From assembly GCF_006345805.1 (NCBI RefSeq), contig NC_042998.1, forward strand, positions 142,538,001-142,602,000: 64,000 nucleotides of DNA. Reading direction: 5' to 3'. The notes beneath the pieces were generated by a model. The model was not told the origin of the DNA. It did not search any database and worked only from the letters and a program-made list of their open reading frames with translations. The stretch's first letter is position 1. Every line of letters begins with the position of its first letter. The position numbers were made by a program, and so were the translations under genes. This document shows, piece by piece, positions 11,947-23,055 of the stretch. This DNA comes from Octopus sinensis (Eukaryota).

Positions 11947-12960
11947 ACGCAATAACACACTTGCTATAAATACACAGCGCGCCGACGTAGTAGTAAACAC
12001 ACAAAACTCATGCTCTTGATTTGTGTCAAAATGGCAGCTTGTTGACATCGTATGTGTTTCTTCGGTGTGCTTTAACTGCTTTGCTGCCTAGTTTACAAAT
12101 AAAAACTTAACTTTTTAATGCCGTGGAACTAAATTATGGACTTCGGGTTAATGTTTCAGGAAGATTAAACATCTGTTAAGAGTATCTTACCAATATTATT
12201 ATCATTAATATAAGATGTTGTCACTGTGTTAGGTTGTCGATAGGCTTCAATGAAACTTTAAATTACAAGAATATATATCAATGTTATGTCTTCTAATCTT
12301 TAGATATGAAAGTATATTCATACTGCTATATATTAAGTCGAATATTTGAAAGAATCGAGGAAAAATAAAACGTGTGTAATGGAACTGTTTACCACTAGAA
12401 ACACAGTTTAGCTTCACACTGCCGCCATATTTCTGTTACGTGTTTAAGAAATAAGAATATTTCTAAGTTTCATTGTTAGTTCATTTACGATTTCTTTCTT
12501 TAATAAAACTTATCGAATACCTTTTACATTTTAATTAGAAATCTTTATCAACTTCTTTAGTTAATGATAAACACTCTGCAAATCTATCAACAACATAAAT
12601 GTTAATGTTTGTTTCATAAGAACTTTCACAACCACTGAAAAATGTTCACATCGAACGATATTACAGAACTGAACAGGGAATTCGAGTAAAAGGAATTATT
12701 TAGAAAAATATATTGTTTTAAGTATACTGTTTGTAGAAAATTTATAGTATGGTAAAAAAAAAAAAACTAACAAGAGACTAAATTTCTTTTTTGTTGTTGT
12801 TTTGCAGTATTTATGATGAATATTTGAGGTGAAGTATCGTCGTCTCGGAGGGAAAAAATGTCAAAAATTGATGAGTCAGGCATTTATACGTTTGAAAACA
12901 CATTTACACATACGCTCAAAATCTATCTGCTTGTTTTTTTTATCTATCTATCTAGCTAGC
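11944..12960 (-). promoter_or_regulatory. Duplicated H1 promoter/upstream region
   Basis: Colinear with 26673-27660 (roughly 90-95% by eye near the gene); keeps TATTTATA and the AAGAAACACA H1-box (12053-12062). Confidence 0.85.
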
Positions 12961-12964
12961 TAGC

Positions 12965-13008
12965 TATCAATCTATCAGTCGATATGTTTGTATGTAAGCG
13001 TGTGTGTG

Positions 13009-13089
<81 letters not shown>

Positions 13090-13134
13090 AAATATATATA
13101 TATTATATATATGTAAAAATATAAATATATATAC

Positions 13135-13182
<48 letters not shown>

Positions 13183-13312
13183 TATATATATATGTAAAAA
13201 TATAAATATATATACATATGTATATATATATATATATATATATATGTAAATATATATATACATCTTTTTATAAATATATACCCACTCGTATACCACCTAC
13301 ACATATAAATAT

Positions 13313-13344
<32 letters not shown>

Positions 13345-13443
13345 GTATATCTATACATATACATATGTATTTATATACATGTATATGTGTATATATATAT
13401 ATATATATGTGTGTGTGTATATAATATATATATACATATATAT
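12965..13443. repeat. (AT)n/(AC)n compound microsatellite
   Basis: Direct reading; includes an internal duplicated unit gtaaaaatataaatatatatacatatg. Confidence 0.95.
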
Positions 13444-13557
13444 AGGGGAGACAAATACCCCCAGCCGCCCGGGCTGCATCTAGGGACACGTGTTTCAGGA
13501 TGATTGTCCTTCGTCGGCCTAGACTAGCAGACACCGGTCAGCTGTTGATTAAATCTT
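13444..13557. repeat. 114-bp copy of 15541-15654
   Basis: aggggagacaaatacccccagcc...accggtcagctgttgattaaatctt appears identical in both places. Confidence 0.9.
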
Positions 13558-13576
13558 GTGTATATATATATATGTG

Positions 13577-13607
<31 letters not shown>

Positions 13608-13619
13608 GTATAGATAGAT

Positions 13620-13775
13620 CGCTAGCCACTACACATTCTTTATTTTCTCTCCCTGTTTCTTTCTGTGGAAGAGCGTAGGCTCGAAACGTTAAAGACTTTC
13701 TCACTTCCCGAGTCTTACATCTGTTTGTTGTCTACACCACCTGTCTTCATCTTTTATTTTTTTGTGAATTCTTCC
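13620..13775 (+). mobile_element. Penelope-like pseudo-LTR fragment with degenerate hammerhead motif (13659-13694)
   Basis: cttt CTGTGGA agagcgtaggctc GAAACGT T aaag; the core differs from CUGANGA at one position. Confidence 0.55.
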
Positions 13776-13865
13776 TATATATATATATACATATAATTAG
13801 AGTAAGGTGAATCATCATCATCATCATCATTTGACGTCCGCTTTCCATATATATATATTATATAT

Positions 13866-13949
<84 letters not shown>

Positions 13950-13973
13950 CACATATACATATATAGTTTTAGG

Positions 13974-14022
<49 letters not shown>

Positions 14023-14049
14023 GTATATATATATGTATGTATGTATGTA

Positions 14050-14470
14050 TGTCATCATCATCTTCCTTTAACGTCCGCTTTCTATGCTAGCATGGGTTGG
14101 ACGATTTGACTGAGGACTGGCGAACCAGATGGCTACACCAGGCTCCAATCTGATCTGGCAAAGTTTATACAGCTGGATGCCCTCCCTAGCGCCAACTGTA
14201 GTGGCTGCTTTTATGTGCCACCGGCACGAGGGCCAGTCTGGCGGTACTGGCAACGGCCACACTCAAAATGGTGCTTTTTACGTGCCACCTGCACAGGAGT
14301 CAGTTCAGTGGCATGGGCAACGACCTCACTCGAATGTTTTAAGGCGACGCTGGTAACGATCATGCTCAAATGGTGCTTTTTATGTACCCACCAGCACGGA
14401 AGCCAGCCAGCTGCTGGCACGGATGCCAGTCATCGAATTTGGTTCAATTTCAATTTCACTTGCCCCAACA
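14050..14470 (-). mobile_element. RTE LINE 3' end fragment
   Basis: (cat)n tail then ttaacgtccgctttctatgctagcatgggttggacg, the same 3' end as at 29279 and 36590. Confidence 0.7.
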
Positions 14471-14698
14471 GGTCTTCGCAATATATATATATATATAGCA
14501 TGGAATATGCAGCCTCAATATAAAGCAGTCAGGAAATAAACTTTACATGTTATTAGAGCTAAGGCTTTCTAATATTTAGACATATTTCACTCCTGATTCA
14601 CAGTGTTATGTATTATATATGTGTGTGTGTTAAATAAAATGAGACAGTAAAACCAAGGCTGTGTGGAATTTATAGGACATTTATAAAGAGAAAGGTAG

Positions 14699-14735
14699 TC
14701 TTACAGCTGTTTCTGGGATATCCTTTCATCAGAGA
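14699..14735 (-). ncRNA. Minimal hammerhead-ribozyme-like motif in a Penelope-like fragment
   Basis: Sense: tct CTGATGA aaggatatccca GAAACAGCTGT A aga; palindromic stem III ACAGCTGT, GUA site; stem II junction imperfect. Confidence 0.5.
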
Positions 14736-14830
14736 TGATATAAGAGAGTGTACTAGAGGGAAATAATAGATGGTTTGGAAAACACTGGTCTAAGAGAAAA
14801 GATGCACTCGCATATTTGTCAATAAAGTGG

Positions 14831-15292
14831 GTATATTATCTGAAATATATAATATTATAAGGAAATAATTTTTTCTCAAATGCAGGATAATGCTAATACT
14901 ATAGCATGAACAGGATAAACTACCCATATTTTGCAGACAAATGTGTCAGTGGCCAGCCATGAGTATTATATATCCATCATGGCTGATCTTACCAATTGGT
15001 TTCATGCAAGGGAACCACTGACTCCATTAGGTAACAATCCGATTATATAACCTTACGCTCATCAGAGTTAGCCAATATGGAAGAGAATATGGTGATTACT
15101 CTCTATTGTTAGACTCCATTGTCCGACAATACAGAACAGTCGCCATATTATCTCCCATATTGGTTAACTCTGATGAGCGTAAGGTTATATAATCGGATTG
15201 TTACCTAACACTATATTGGTTCCCTTGCATGAAACCAATTGGTAAGATCAGCTGTGATGGTTATATAATACTATATATTTCAGATAATATAC
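14831..15292. repeat. Long hairpin / MITE-like inverted repeat
   Basis: gctgatcttaccaattggtttcatgcaagggaacca and ttaggtaacaatccgattatataaccttacgctcatcagagttagccaatatgg are mirrored on the right; outer arm gtatattatctgaaatatat (14831-14850) is also mirrored. Confidence 0.85.
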
Positions 15293-15646
15293 ATATTTAT
15301 ATATGGCGTTTGATCATATAATAATATAAATAATATATATATATATATCAGAAATACTAAATTTCTAAATCTCTCGTAGAGACATGTACGGTGGTGGGGC
15401 AATAGAATGGTTGTATACTGTCAATCTAACACGAACGTGACAGTAGGGGGGGGTACACCACCGCTGTTTAGTCCTAGGAAGCATCGACGCCTCCTGTTGG
15501 CCTTGACACATTTTTCCTGTGTCCTTATATACATTTACGAAGGGGAGACAAATACCCCCAGCCGCCCGGGCTGCATCTAGGGACACGTGTTTCAGGATGA
15601 TTGTCCTTCGTCGGCCTAGACTAGCAGACACCGGTCAGCTGTTGAT

Positions 15647-17269
15647 TAAATCTTTATTATAGGCACAATGGCCCAAATTAAGAGGGGACATTACAATACA
15701 GGACATGGGGTACATATAATAAAAAAAAATCGAAAAATATGATATGAAAATGAATTATTTGTAATGAATTAAATGGAATGGCTTACGAGCCCCCAAAACT
15801 CGTAGTTTCATTTAAATACAATTCTGCTACGCCGGGCGTTCATCTGTAATGTATTTATCAAATCCTCCCTGTCTACAACAGCTGGCAAAGTGTCATAACG
15901 TATATAATACAATTCATATACAGCGAAAAACACACTTTTCAATTTCATCAATGTCTCTTTCTCTACGACCGCCGACTTCACTTGGTCATCAAATATTTTT
16001 GGGTTCAACCTAACGCTGATTAAACCTTTCTTATCTGCCAACCTCTTTTCGATTTCTTTGTTTTTCATATAAAATATTACTACTTTAAGATTTTTTCCTT
16101 TGGGTCTTCCTCCTTCCTTACATACTTTTAACTGCTCTTCCACTCTTCTTTCCCATTCTTCCTCTGCTGTTAATTTTGCCGGTTCACTTGCTTTCGCTTC
16201 TGCATCTCTCTCTTCGCACGTTCGATCTTCCATTTCGTCTGTTGTCTTTTTTTTTTTTAACTTTAGGTGGTGATTCCACCCTCGTTCTCTTTCTATCTTC
16301 TGTTCTTTCCTTTTCTTTCTCCAACTCGTCACCACTTTCCACATCCTCTGCATTCACACATTCCTCCTCCACATCCGCCATTTGCAACTCCTCCGTCCGA
16401 GCCTCCAATGTTATCGTCTCCTCCTGTACTCTTTTTCTCGGACACACATCCTTCATGTGGCCTCTAATTTTACATATGTAACACACTGGGGCCCCCCCTC
16501 CACCACGACTCTGAGACGTGTCTCGTCGGGGAACACCAACTCCTCCGGGATGTTGTACAGGTCTGGCATGGTTATATGAACCAAAACCTGCACCGCATAA
16601 CCCCACCACTTTACTTCTTTTGACCTTTCCACCTTCAATATATCCACGCTTTCTTTGCAGTTGAATACCACTGCCGCTAAAATTCTTTCCATATTCAGCT
16701 CCGGCGAAATCTTACTGATTCGTATTCTTACTGCCCTTTTTCCGCAATAGCTGGGTAATAACACCCATCTTTCTGTTTTCAAAATTTTCGTGGCATTCCT
16801 TTTCGCTTCGTCTTCGTTTTTAAAGTGGACGACTACTGTTGCGTATTTTCTACCTCTGTTGTAGTAGGTAGTTTCTCCTTCAATTCCTTGCAGACACCTC
16901 TCTATTTCCTCCGTCTCTGCCTCTTCTATTTTCTTTGAAGCCACGCTCCACGTTCTGTATGTTATAATGCGTTTCTCTGCTTCTTTCGCTTCTTCTTCAG
17001 GTGGTGTGACCCTCACACAGTCACCTTCCTTCTTCAAGCTGTCGAAATATTTCTTCAAAATCTCCTTCTCTACGATAACTTCTTCCAACTGCAGTTCGCT
17101 CGCAGCCAGGCCCTTGCCTGCTGCTCCCGCATACGTTTGGGTTTGCATTTTCGAGAAAAACCTCCAAAAAACTTCCCACGCCGCAACCGCTTCCACCAAC
17201 GAATTCGATCTCACAACCGCGATACAACAATAACGTAATCAAAATTTCCGACACCAAACAACAACAAAA
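15647..17269 (-). mobile_element. ORF1-only non-LTR retroelement (half-L1/Tx1-like), 1623 bp, 17-bp TSD
   Basis: accggtcagctgttgat at 15630-15646 and 17270-17286; AATAAA at the 3' end; ORF from ATG 17148 to stop 15808 with CCHC knuckle CYICKIRGHMKDVC; two frameshifts, both in homopolymers; no endonuclease or RT. Confidence 0.8.
15808..17148 (-). CDS. ORF1/gag-like nucleic-acid-binding protein (~446 aa if two homopolymer indels are corrected)
   Basis: Joins ORFs 16453..17214, 16184..16609 and 15808..16353 through a 7-G run (16492-16498) and a 12-A run (16247-16258); Cx2Cx4Hx4C knuckle followed by a charged K/E-rich region. Confidence 0.6.
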
Positions 17270-17526
17270 ACCGGTCAGCTGTTGATATTTGCCTAGACTT
17301 CGTAATGTATATATCTAAATTTCAGTGAAGTCTATTCACTGATTATCAAAATCAGAAATATTAAATTTCTAAATCTCTCGTAGAGACATGTACATAAGTA
17401 CATGTATATAAGGACACAGGAAAAATGTGTCAAAGCCATCAGGAGGCGTCGATGCTTCCCAGGGCTAAACAGCGGTGGTGTACCCTACTGTCACGTTCGT
17501 GTTAGTTTGACAGTATACAACCATTC

Positions 17527-17581
<55 letters not shown>

Positions 17582-18689
17582 TATATACATACATATATGT
17601 TCATACCTACATATATATGTATATACATCCTTATCTTAATAATTACGATGCGTACTCTTCTCTGTCTATCTCTCTCCCTCTCTTGTTCTTTATCCTTTCT
17701 GCTTTTCTCTCCCTCCCTTCCCTATTCTTCTCCTCTCTCTCTCACTCTTCCTCCCTGACGCTTTCCTCGCTGACACGTGATGAAAGGAAATCTATCTTTC
17801 TGCCCATTTCCCTCCTAAAGACAACACATGCTGAAACCTGTATATGTATATATACATATATATGAAGGTATGTACATATATGTATGTATATATCATTTAT
17901 ATATATATGTGTGTGTGTGTGTGTTTGCAAATATATATGTGTGTGTACATACAAGTATATATATTTACCACTGATGATCTTATCTTGGAGAAAACCCCTG
18001 CAAGTGAACTTGGTTCAAAACCCAGCTTAAAATATGTGACTACTTCTCATGCAAAAAGAAAACTTTTGGTTAACAGAAATGGTAAGAAATGTTAAGTAAA
18101 AATATATTAAGAAAGCAAAGCTAATTGAAGATAAGCAAAATATAATTAAAGGGTAGAAATAGTGATTGTAATTCGTTCTAAAAAGAAATTTCAACCCATC
18201 TTCAATGACCAGAATTCATCATTATGATCACTATTTAATGATCATGTTCCTTGTTGGCATAGGTTAAATGTTTGACAGAATTCGGTGGGTTCAAGGAATG
18301 TATCAAACTCTGTTTAGCATGGTTTCTAAGGCTGGATATCCTTCCTAATGTGTACAGTGTGTACTATGTGCTTTCTGCATGGCACCAGCACTAGTGGGGT
18401 CACTATGCAGCTTGCACAAGTGCGGTTCCTGAATAGGCAGGGGAGGACTTTATACTCAGAGAAAGAGTAGAAATGTATAAAATATGAGCAGATTCTTTGT
18501 AAAAGAGTTACATGAATACTCACACTTTACAAGCAATGTAAGGGGTGGGGGATGTGGGGAACTGAAAAGTGGTATAATTCATACACACACACACACATAT
18601 ATGTGGACAGAATCATGAATAGAAAAATGTTTCAGGGTAAAATTACTTATGATGAAAATGCTAGCTTTTTTTTTTTCCTTTCCTTCTGC

Positions 18690-19400
18690 CAGTTCTGGAT
18701 GAGAGAGCACTATCCATGTTGTTTGTAGTCCCTTGAAAACTGGTGAAATTGATGCCATTAATATTCTTCTTGAACTTTTGTAAATCAACGATAGTGGGAA
18801 AGACATTAGAAAGGAATTCCAGCAGCAGTTGATGTTCTGGGAAGAATGGACTGAGTATAGTGATTAGTGTGAGATCTGTGGAACAGGGAGTGGATACAAG
18901 GAGGATGGGAGGAGGAGAGAGAAGTGGGCTGAGAATGCTTGAGTGAAGATGACATCATCTCAGCCACTTTTGAAGAGTAGAGGCTATTACAGAAGTAGTT
19001 GAAAAAGTAGGAAGAGAAGACAGCATGCCTGTGAGCCAGAAGTTAGAGCATGCCCGTGATTTTACAGAGTGTATATGAAAAAAGGATGGAAAAAAAAACA
19101 TGATAGAATTAAATGGACCATTTTGTTTTTTGCAGTAAATTTTATAACGAATGTGACTCCCTAGACCTATAACCACATTTGAAATATTTCTTGGAAATGT
19201 TCACACTCTGTTCCACTCTCAAGTGATCAAACTTGGGACAATGTGGTTACAAAGCTAACTTATTACCCATAGAGCCATACATGCAATCATAGTCCTCCAC
19301 TATCTTTTACAAGTGCATTAAGATATGTCATGTGAGTAGCTACTATCATCAGTAAAGATAAGCCCAACTTGCTTATCCTTACATTTACTCCTCTACTTGT
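18690..19400 (-). mobile_element. Highly decayed LINE 3' fragment (clade uncertain)
   Basis: Peptide remnants such as NVFPTIVDLQKFKKNIN resemble a CR1/Jockey-group RT C-terminus. Confidence 0.35.
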
Positions 19401-19491
19401 TCAAGTTTAAACCTTTTGAGCACTACTAAGTATTCTATATAGAGATTAGCTGTATCTCTTCTATATATATATCTCTATATATAATATATAT

Positions 19492-19621
19492 ATAAATTAT
19501 TAGAGAGTTAACCACTATGTGGATAACTCTAGTGCTAAAAATAGCCCTGATAGTATATACTATCGGGGCTATTTTTAGCACTAGAGTTATCCACATAGTG
19601 GTTAACTCTCTAATAATTTAT
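19492..19621. repeat. 130-bp spacerless palindrome
   Basis: Symmetric about 19556/19557 (tagtat|atacta) with one mismatch (19548 T vs 19565 G). Confidence 0.95.
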
Positions 19622-19715
19622 GTATAAATTTGTATTTTCTCCGTAGTTTTTTGTGCTAAGCCACTCGGTGTTAAATTAATGGTATTATTAAATTAATATC
19701 AATCTTTCACCCTCG

Positions 19716-19870
19716 GGCATGGTTGTGTGGTTAGGGAGCTTGCTTCTTATCTACATGGTTTCGGGTTCAGTCTCACTGCGTGGCACTTTGGGTAGGTGTC
19801 TTCCACTATAGCCCCGAGCCGATCGGAGCTTTGTGATTGAATTCGGTAGGTGGAAGTTACTGCTGTGTGT
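19716..19870 (+). mobile_element. SINE family A (5' part)
   Basis: gggcatggttgtgtggttagggagcttgct...gcactttgggtaggtgtcttccactatagccc. Confidence 0.75.
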
Positions 19871-19960
19871 GTATGTGTGCGTATAGCTGCTCAGTGCCTC
19901 TCCGAAAGAGAGAGAGGGATATATATATATGTATATATATAGTGTGTGTGTGTGCATGGA

Positions 19961-20114
19961 TGCAGGCATGGCTATATGGTTAAGAAGCTTTACAGCTATG
20001 TTGTTTGGAGACCAGTCCCACTCTGCAACACCTTGGGCATGTGCTTTCTGCTATATCTCCAGGCTGTCTAATGTCTTGCAAGTGAATTTGGTAGTGGAAC
20101 CCCATATGTGTGTC

Positions 20115-20156
<42 letters not shown>

Positions 20157-20310
20157 ACCCACTACTGCTTGACAAATGGTTTTCATTTACACCCCCCAAA
20201 ACTGCATTCAGCAGAAACCAATAGAATAATAAACTTTAAAATTGGGGTTGATTTATTTGACTGGAACCCTTCAAAGAAGTGCCCCAGCTTGGCCACTGTT
20301 CAGTGACTGG
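19961..20310 (+). mobile_element. SINE family A, diverged
   Basis: gcaggcatggctatatggttaagaagc...ccttgggcatgtgctttc...gccccagcttggccactgttcagtgactg. Confidence 0.65.
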
Positions 20311-20509
20311 ATGCAAAATGGTGTGCTAATAACTTAGTAATCAGCTGAAATACTTGCTCATTGAACTACATAATTTAAATGTGTGCATATATACTGTATT
20401 TAATACACCCTAATTTAATGTTGGTACAAAATCTTTTCCTTTCAGTTTAAATTAAGTGTAGAATTATGTAGCTTAGCAAATAGCGCATATATATATTTCT
20501 TTTTTGATT

Positions 20510-20868
20510 AATCTTTTACCTGTTTCTGTCATTAGACTGCAGCCATGCTGGGGCACCATCTTTGAAGAATTTTAGTTGAATGAATCGACCCTAGTACTTT
20601 GGTACTTATTCTATTGGCCTGTTTTACTAAACCACTAAGTTACAGGGATGTAAACACACCAGCACTGGTTGTCAAGAGGTGATGGGATGACAAACACACA
20701 CATATATATATATATACAACAGGCTTCTTTCAGTTTCCATCTACCAAATCCACTTACAAGGCTTTGGTCAGCCCTAGGCTATACTAGAAGACACTTGCCC
20801 AAGGTACCACCCAGTGCGACTAAACCTGAACCAAGTGGTTGGGAAGCTTCTTACCACACAGCCCAGCA
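20510..20868 (-). mobile_element. SINE family A, near full length
   Basis: Reverse complement matches 23498-23833. Confidence 0.8.
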
Positions 20869-21650
20869 GTCTGCAATGTTACATTTTTTGTATTTTACAA
20901 TGTCATCAATACACATATATACAGTCTGCCCAGGTGCCATGTTAAATCTGTCCCATTTAACACTAAACTGTTCTGGTTATGGATCAAAGATCAGAAGAAA
21001 GAAAAACTAAATGTTAAAATCAGCAAAAAGCTCTAATCCTAATATGTACAACTCAGATACAAACACATACTCATGGTATATCTCTCAGTCCAGCCAAGCT
21101 AAGTGTAGTGTTTTAAGCAGAGGTCCAGCAAATTTGGAATGAACCCACATAATAGCACTTGTCAAATCACGAGACAATGGGTGTTCTGAGATTAAGAACA
21201 AGTTATATAATTAATAAAAATTTATATTTCCTGCTCTATTTATCATAAAATAGCATGCACTATTTTAAGTTCTGCATCTTATAATGAAAATAAAGTTTTA
21301 AAATGTTCTTCATATAAGTACCTATACCTGTACTTTGAAGTCAAAATCATGGCAAGACTTTCACTCCCAACCAGACATAAAATCTGACCTCAGCCTAAGG
21401 TATATGCACCACCAGTGGGGCATGGGAAAATTGGGATGGGGCATGCATTAGAGTGGGTTGTGAAAATTTTTGCAAGTGACTTGAGCACACACTTGTCAAC
21501 TCGAAGACTATCCTGTTATTCAAATGAAAAAAAAAAAAACATTGCCATGCAATATTTATACTTAAACCATAAGAACTGATGTAGCTACAACCAGTCAGCG
21601 TACCGAGTCAGGTATCTGCATTTGTTTGTTTCAATATCTATTGTCAAATA

Positions 21651-21868
21651 AGGCAGCGAGCTGGCAGAAATGTTAGCACGCCGGGCATAATGCTTAGCGG
21701 CATTTCATCTGTCTATATGTTGAATTCAAATTCTGCCGAGGTTGACTTAGCCTTTCATCTTTTCAGGGTCAATAAATTAAGTATCAGTCGCATATTGATA
21801 TCGATCTAATCAACTGGACCCCACTCCCCAAAAATTTCAGGCCTTGTGCCTAGAGTAGAAAAGAATAT
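21651..21868 (+). mobile_element. SINE family B
   Basis: ggcagcgagctggcagaaatgttagcacgccgggc...gcctttcatcttttcagggtcaataaattaagta. Confidence 0.8.
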
Positions 21869-21910
21869 CTATTGTCCAGTGTCAAGTGTTTATAAAAGCA
21901 GCAGAAAATG

Positions 21911-22695
21911 GCAGAGGTAAAGGACATGAACTGCACCCCCTTTTGGGTTTTTTCTATAGAAATCCACTTTTGACAGCAGAGATTCCAAATCTGCAAAAGA
22001 AAAAAGTCAACATTTCAAAATTTTAATCCACCCCTCAGTTTTTCACTTCTTTTAGAAATTTTTTGGGGAAAATACGTAGAATACAGAGACAATGATTCTG
22101 AAAAAATAAATTTGGTAAGATTTCAACTTAGCGAAAAAAATAAAAACACCCCACCCCGCCTAAGAAAACTTGTCAAGCTAGAAACAGCAGCTAAACGATG
22201 AATCAAGTTTTCAAAATTTTAATTTCCCCCACCCCATTTTTAACTTTGCCAGGAGAGAGAGAAAATTAAAATTTTGAAAGCGTGTTTTTTGGGTTTTCAA
22301 AATCTTCAATTTATAAGTACGCTCCAGCAGGAAAGTCCAACAAGCTAGAAACAAGAGCCAAACCGAAGATCCACTTTCTAAATTCGAATTACCAAAAAGA
22401 ATTTTTATAAAATGCCATTTTGTTGTCATGTGTGCAAAAAGCTAATTTTTACCTACCTCTCTTAATTCCAAGACCCTCAACCACATGTTCACTTTCTGTC
22501 ACAGATGTGCTGACAGAGGGTATTTATTTATTTTTGAAAAATTGAAATTTCACAAAAATTTTTTTTCAGAAGGGTGATTAAAATTTTGAAATGCGGATTT
22601 CTTTGCAGATTCGGAATCTCCGCAATTAAAAAAGTGGGTTTCTATAGAAAAAAAAACCCCCGAAAGGGGGTGCAGTCCATGTCCTTTACCTCCGC
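21911..22695. mobile_element. Non-autonomous TIR element with GCGGAGGT termini
   Basis: gcagaggtaaaggacatgaactgcaccccc at the left end and gggggtgcagtccatgtcctttacctccgc at the right end. Confidence 0.75.
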
Positions 22696-23055
22696 TCACT
22701 ATTGAGTCAATGTATCCGTCAGCCAGGTAACTGAAAACTGTTTCTATATTTTAAAAAATGTTGATGGTACTAGATTTTTTTGTTATTAAAGAGTGGGGCA
22801 CTGGGAAAAAAAGGTTGGGAAAGTTTTACACCATTGAAAACGTATTTGCAAAACTGTACTTATATTCATTTTAAGGAGGTGGAAGATCTTGTTAAATTTC
22901 TTCCAACCGCCTCAAGTTTTGATAAGTTTCGCATGCTAATGACGAAAATCGCAGTTTGCCAAATCATGTAATTTTAGTCAACTGAAGCCTCTATTACCGA
23001 ATATACCAGAAATGTCTCGACCTGCTAGAAATAGCAGTCAAATCATATAAGAAAG

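Noticed and set aside
17966-17994. Possible 29-nt minus-strand micro-exon (ttgcag|...|gtaaat) in duplicated block c'
   Set aside because: The donor is lost in the paralog and there is no other exon or homology evidence.
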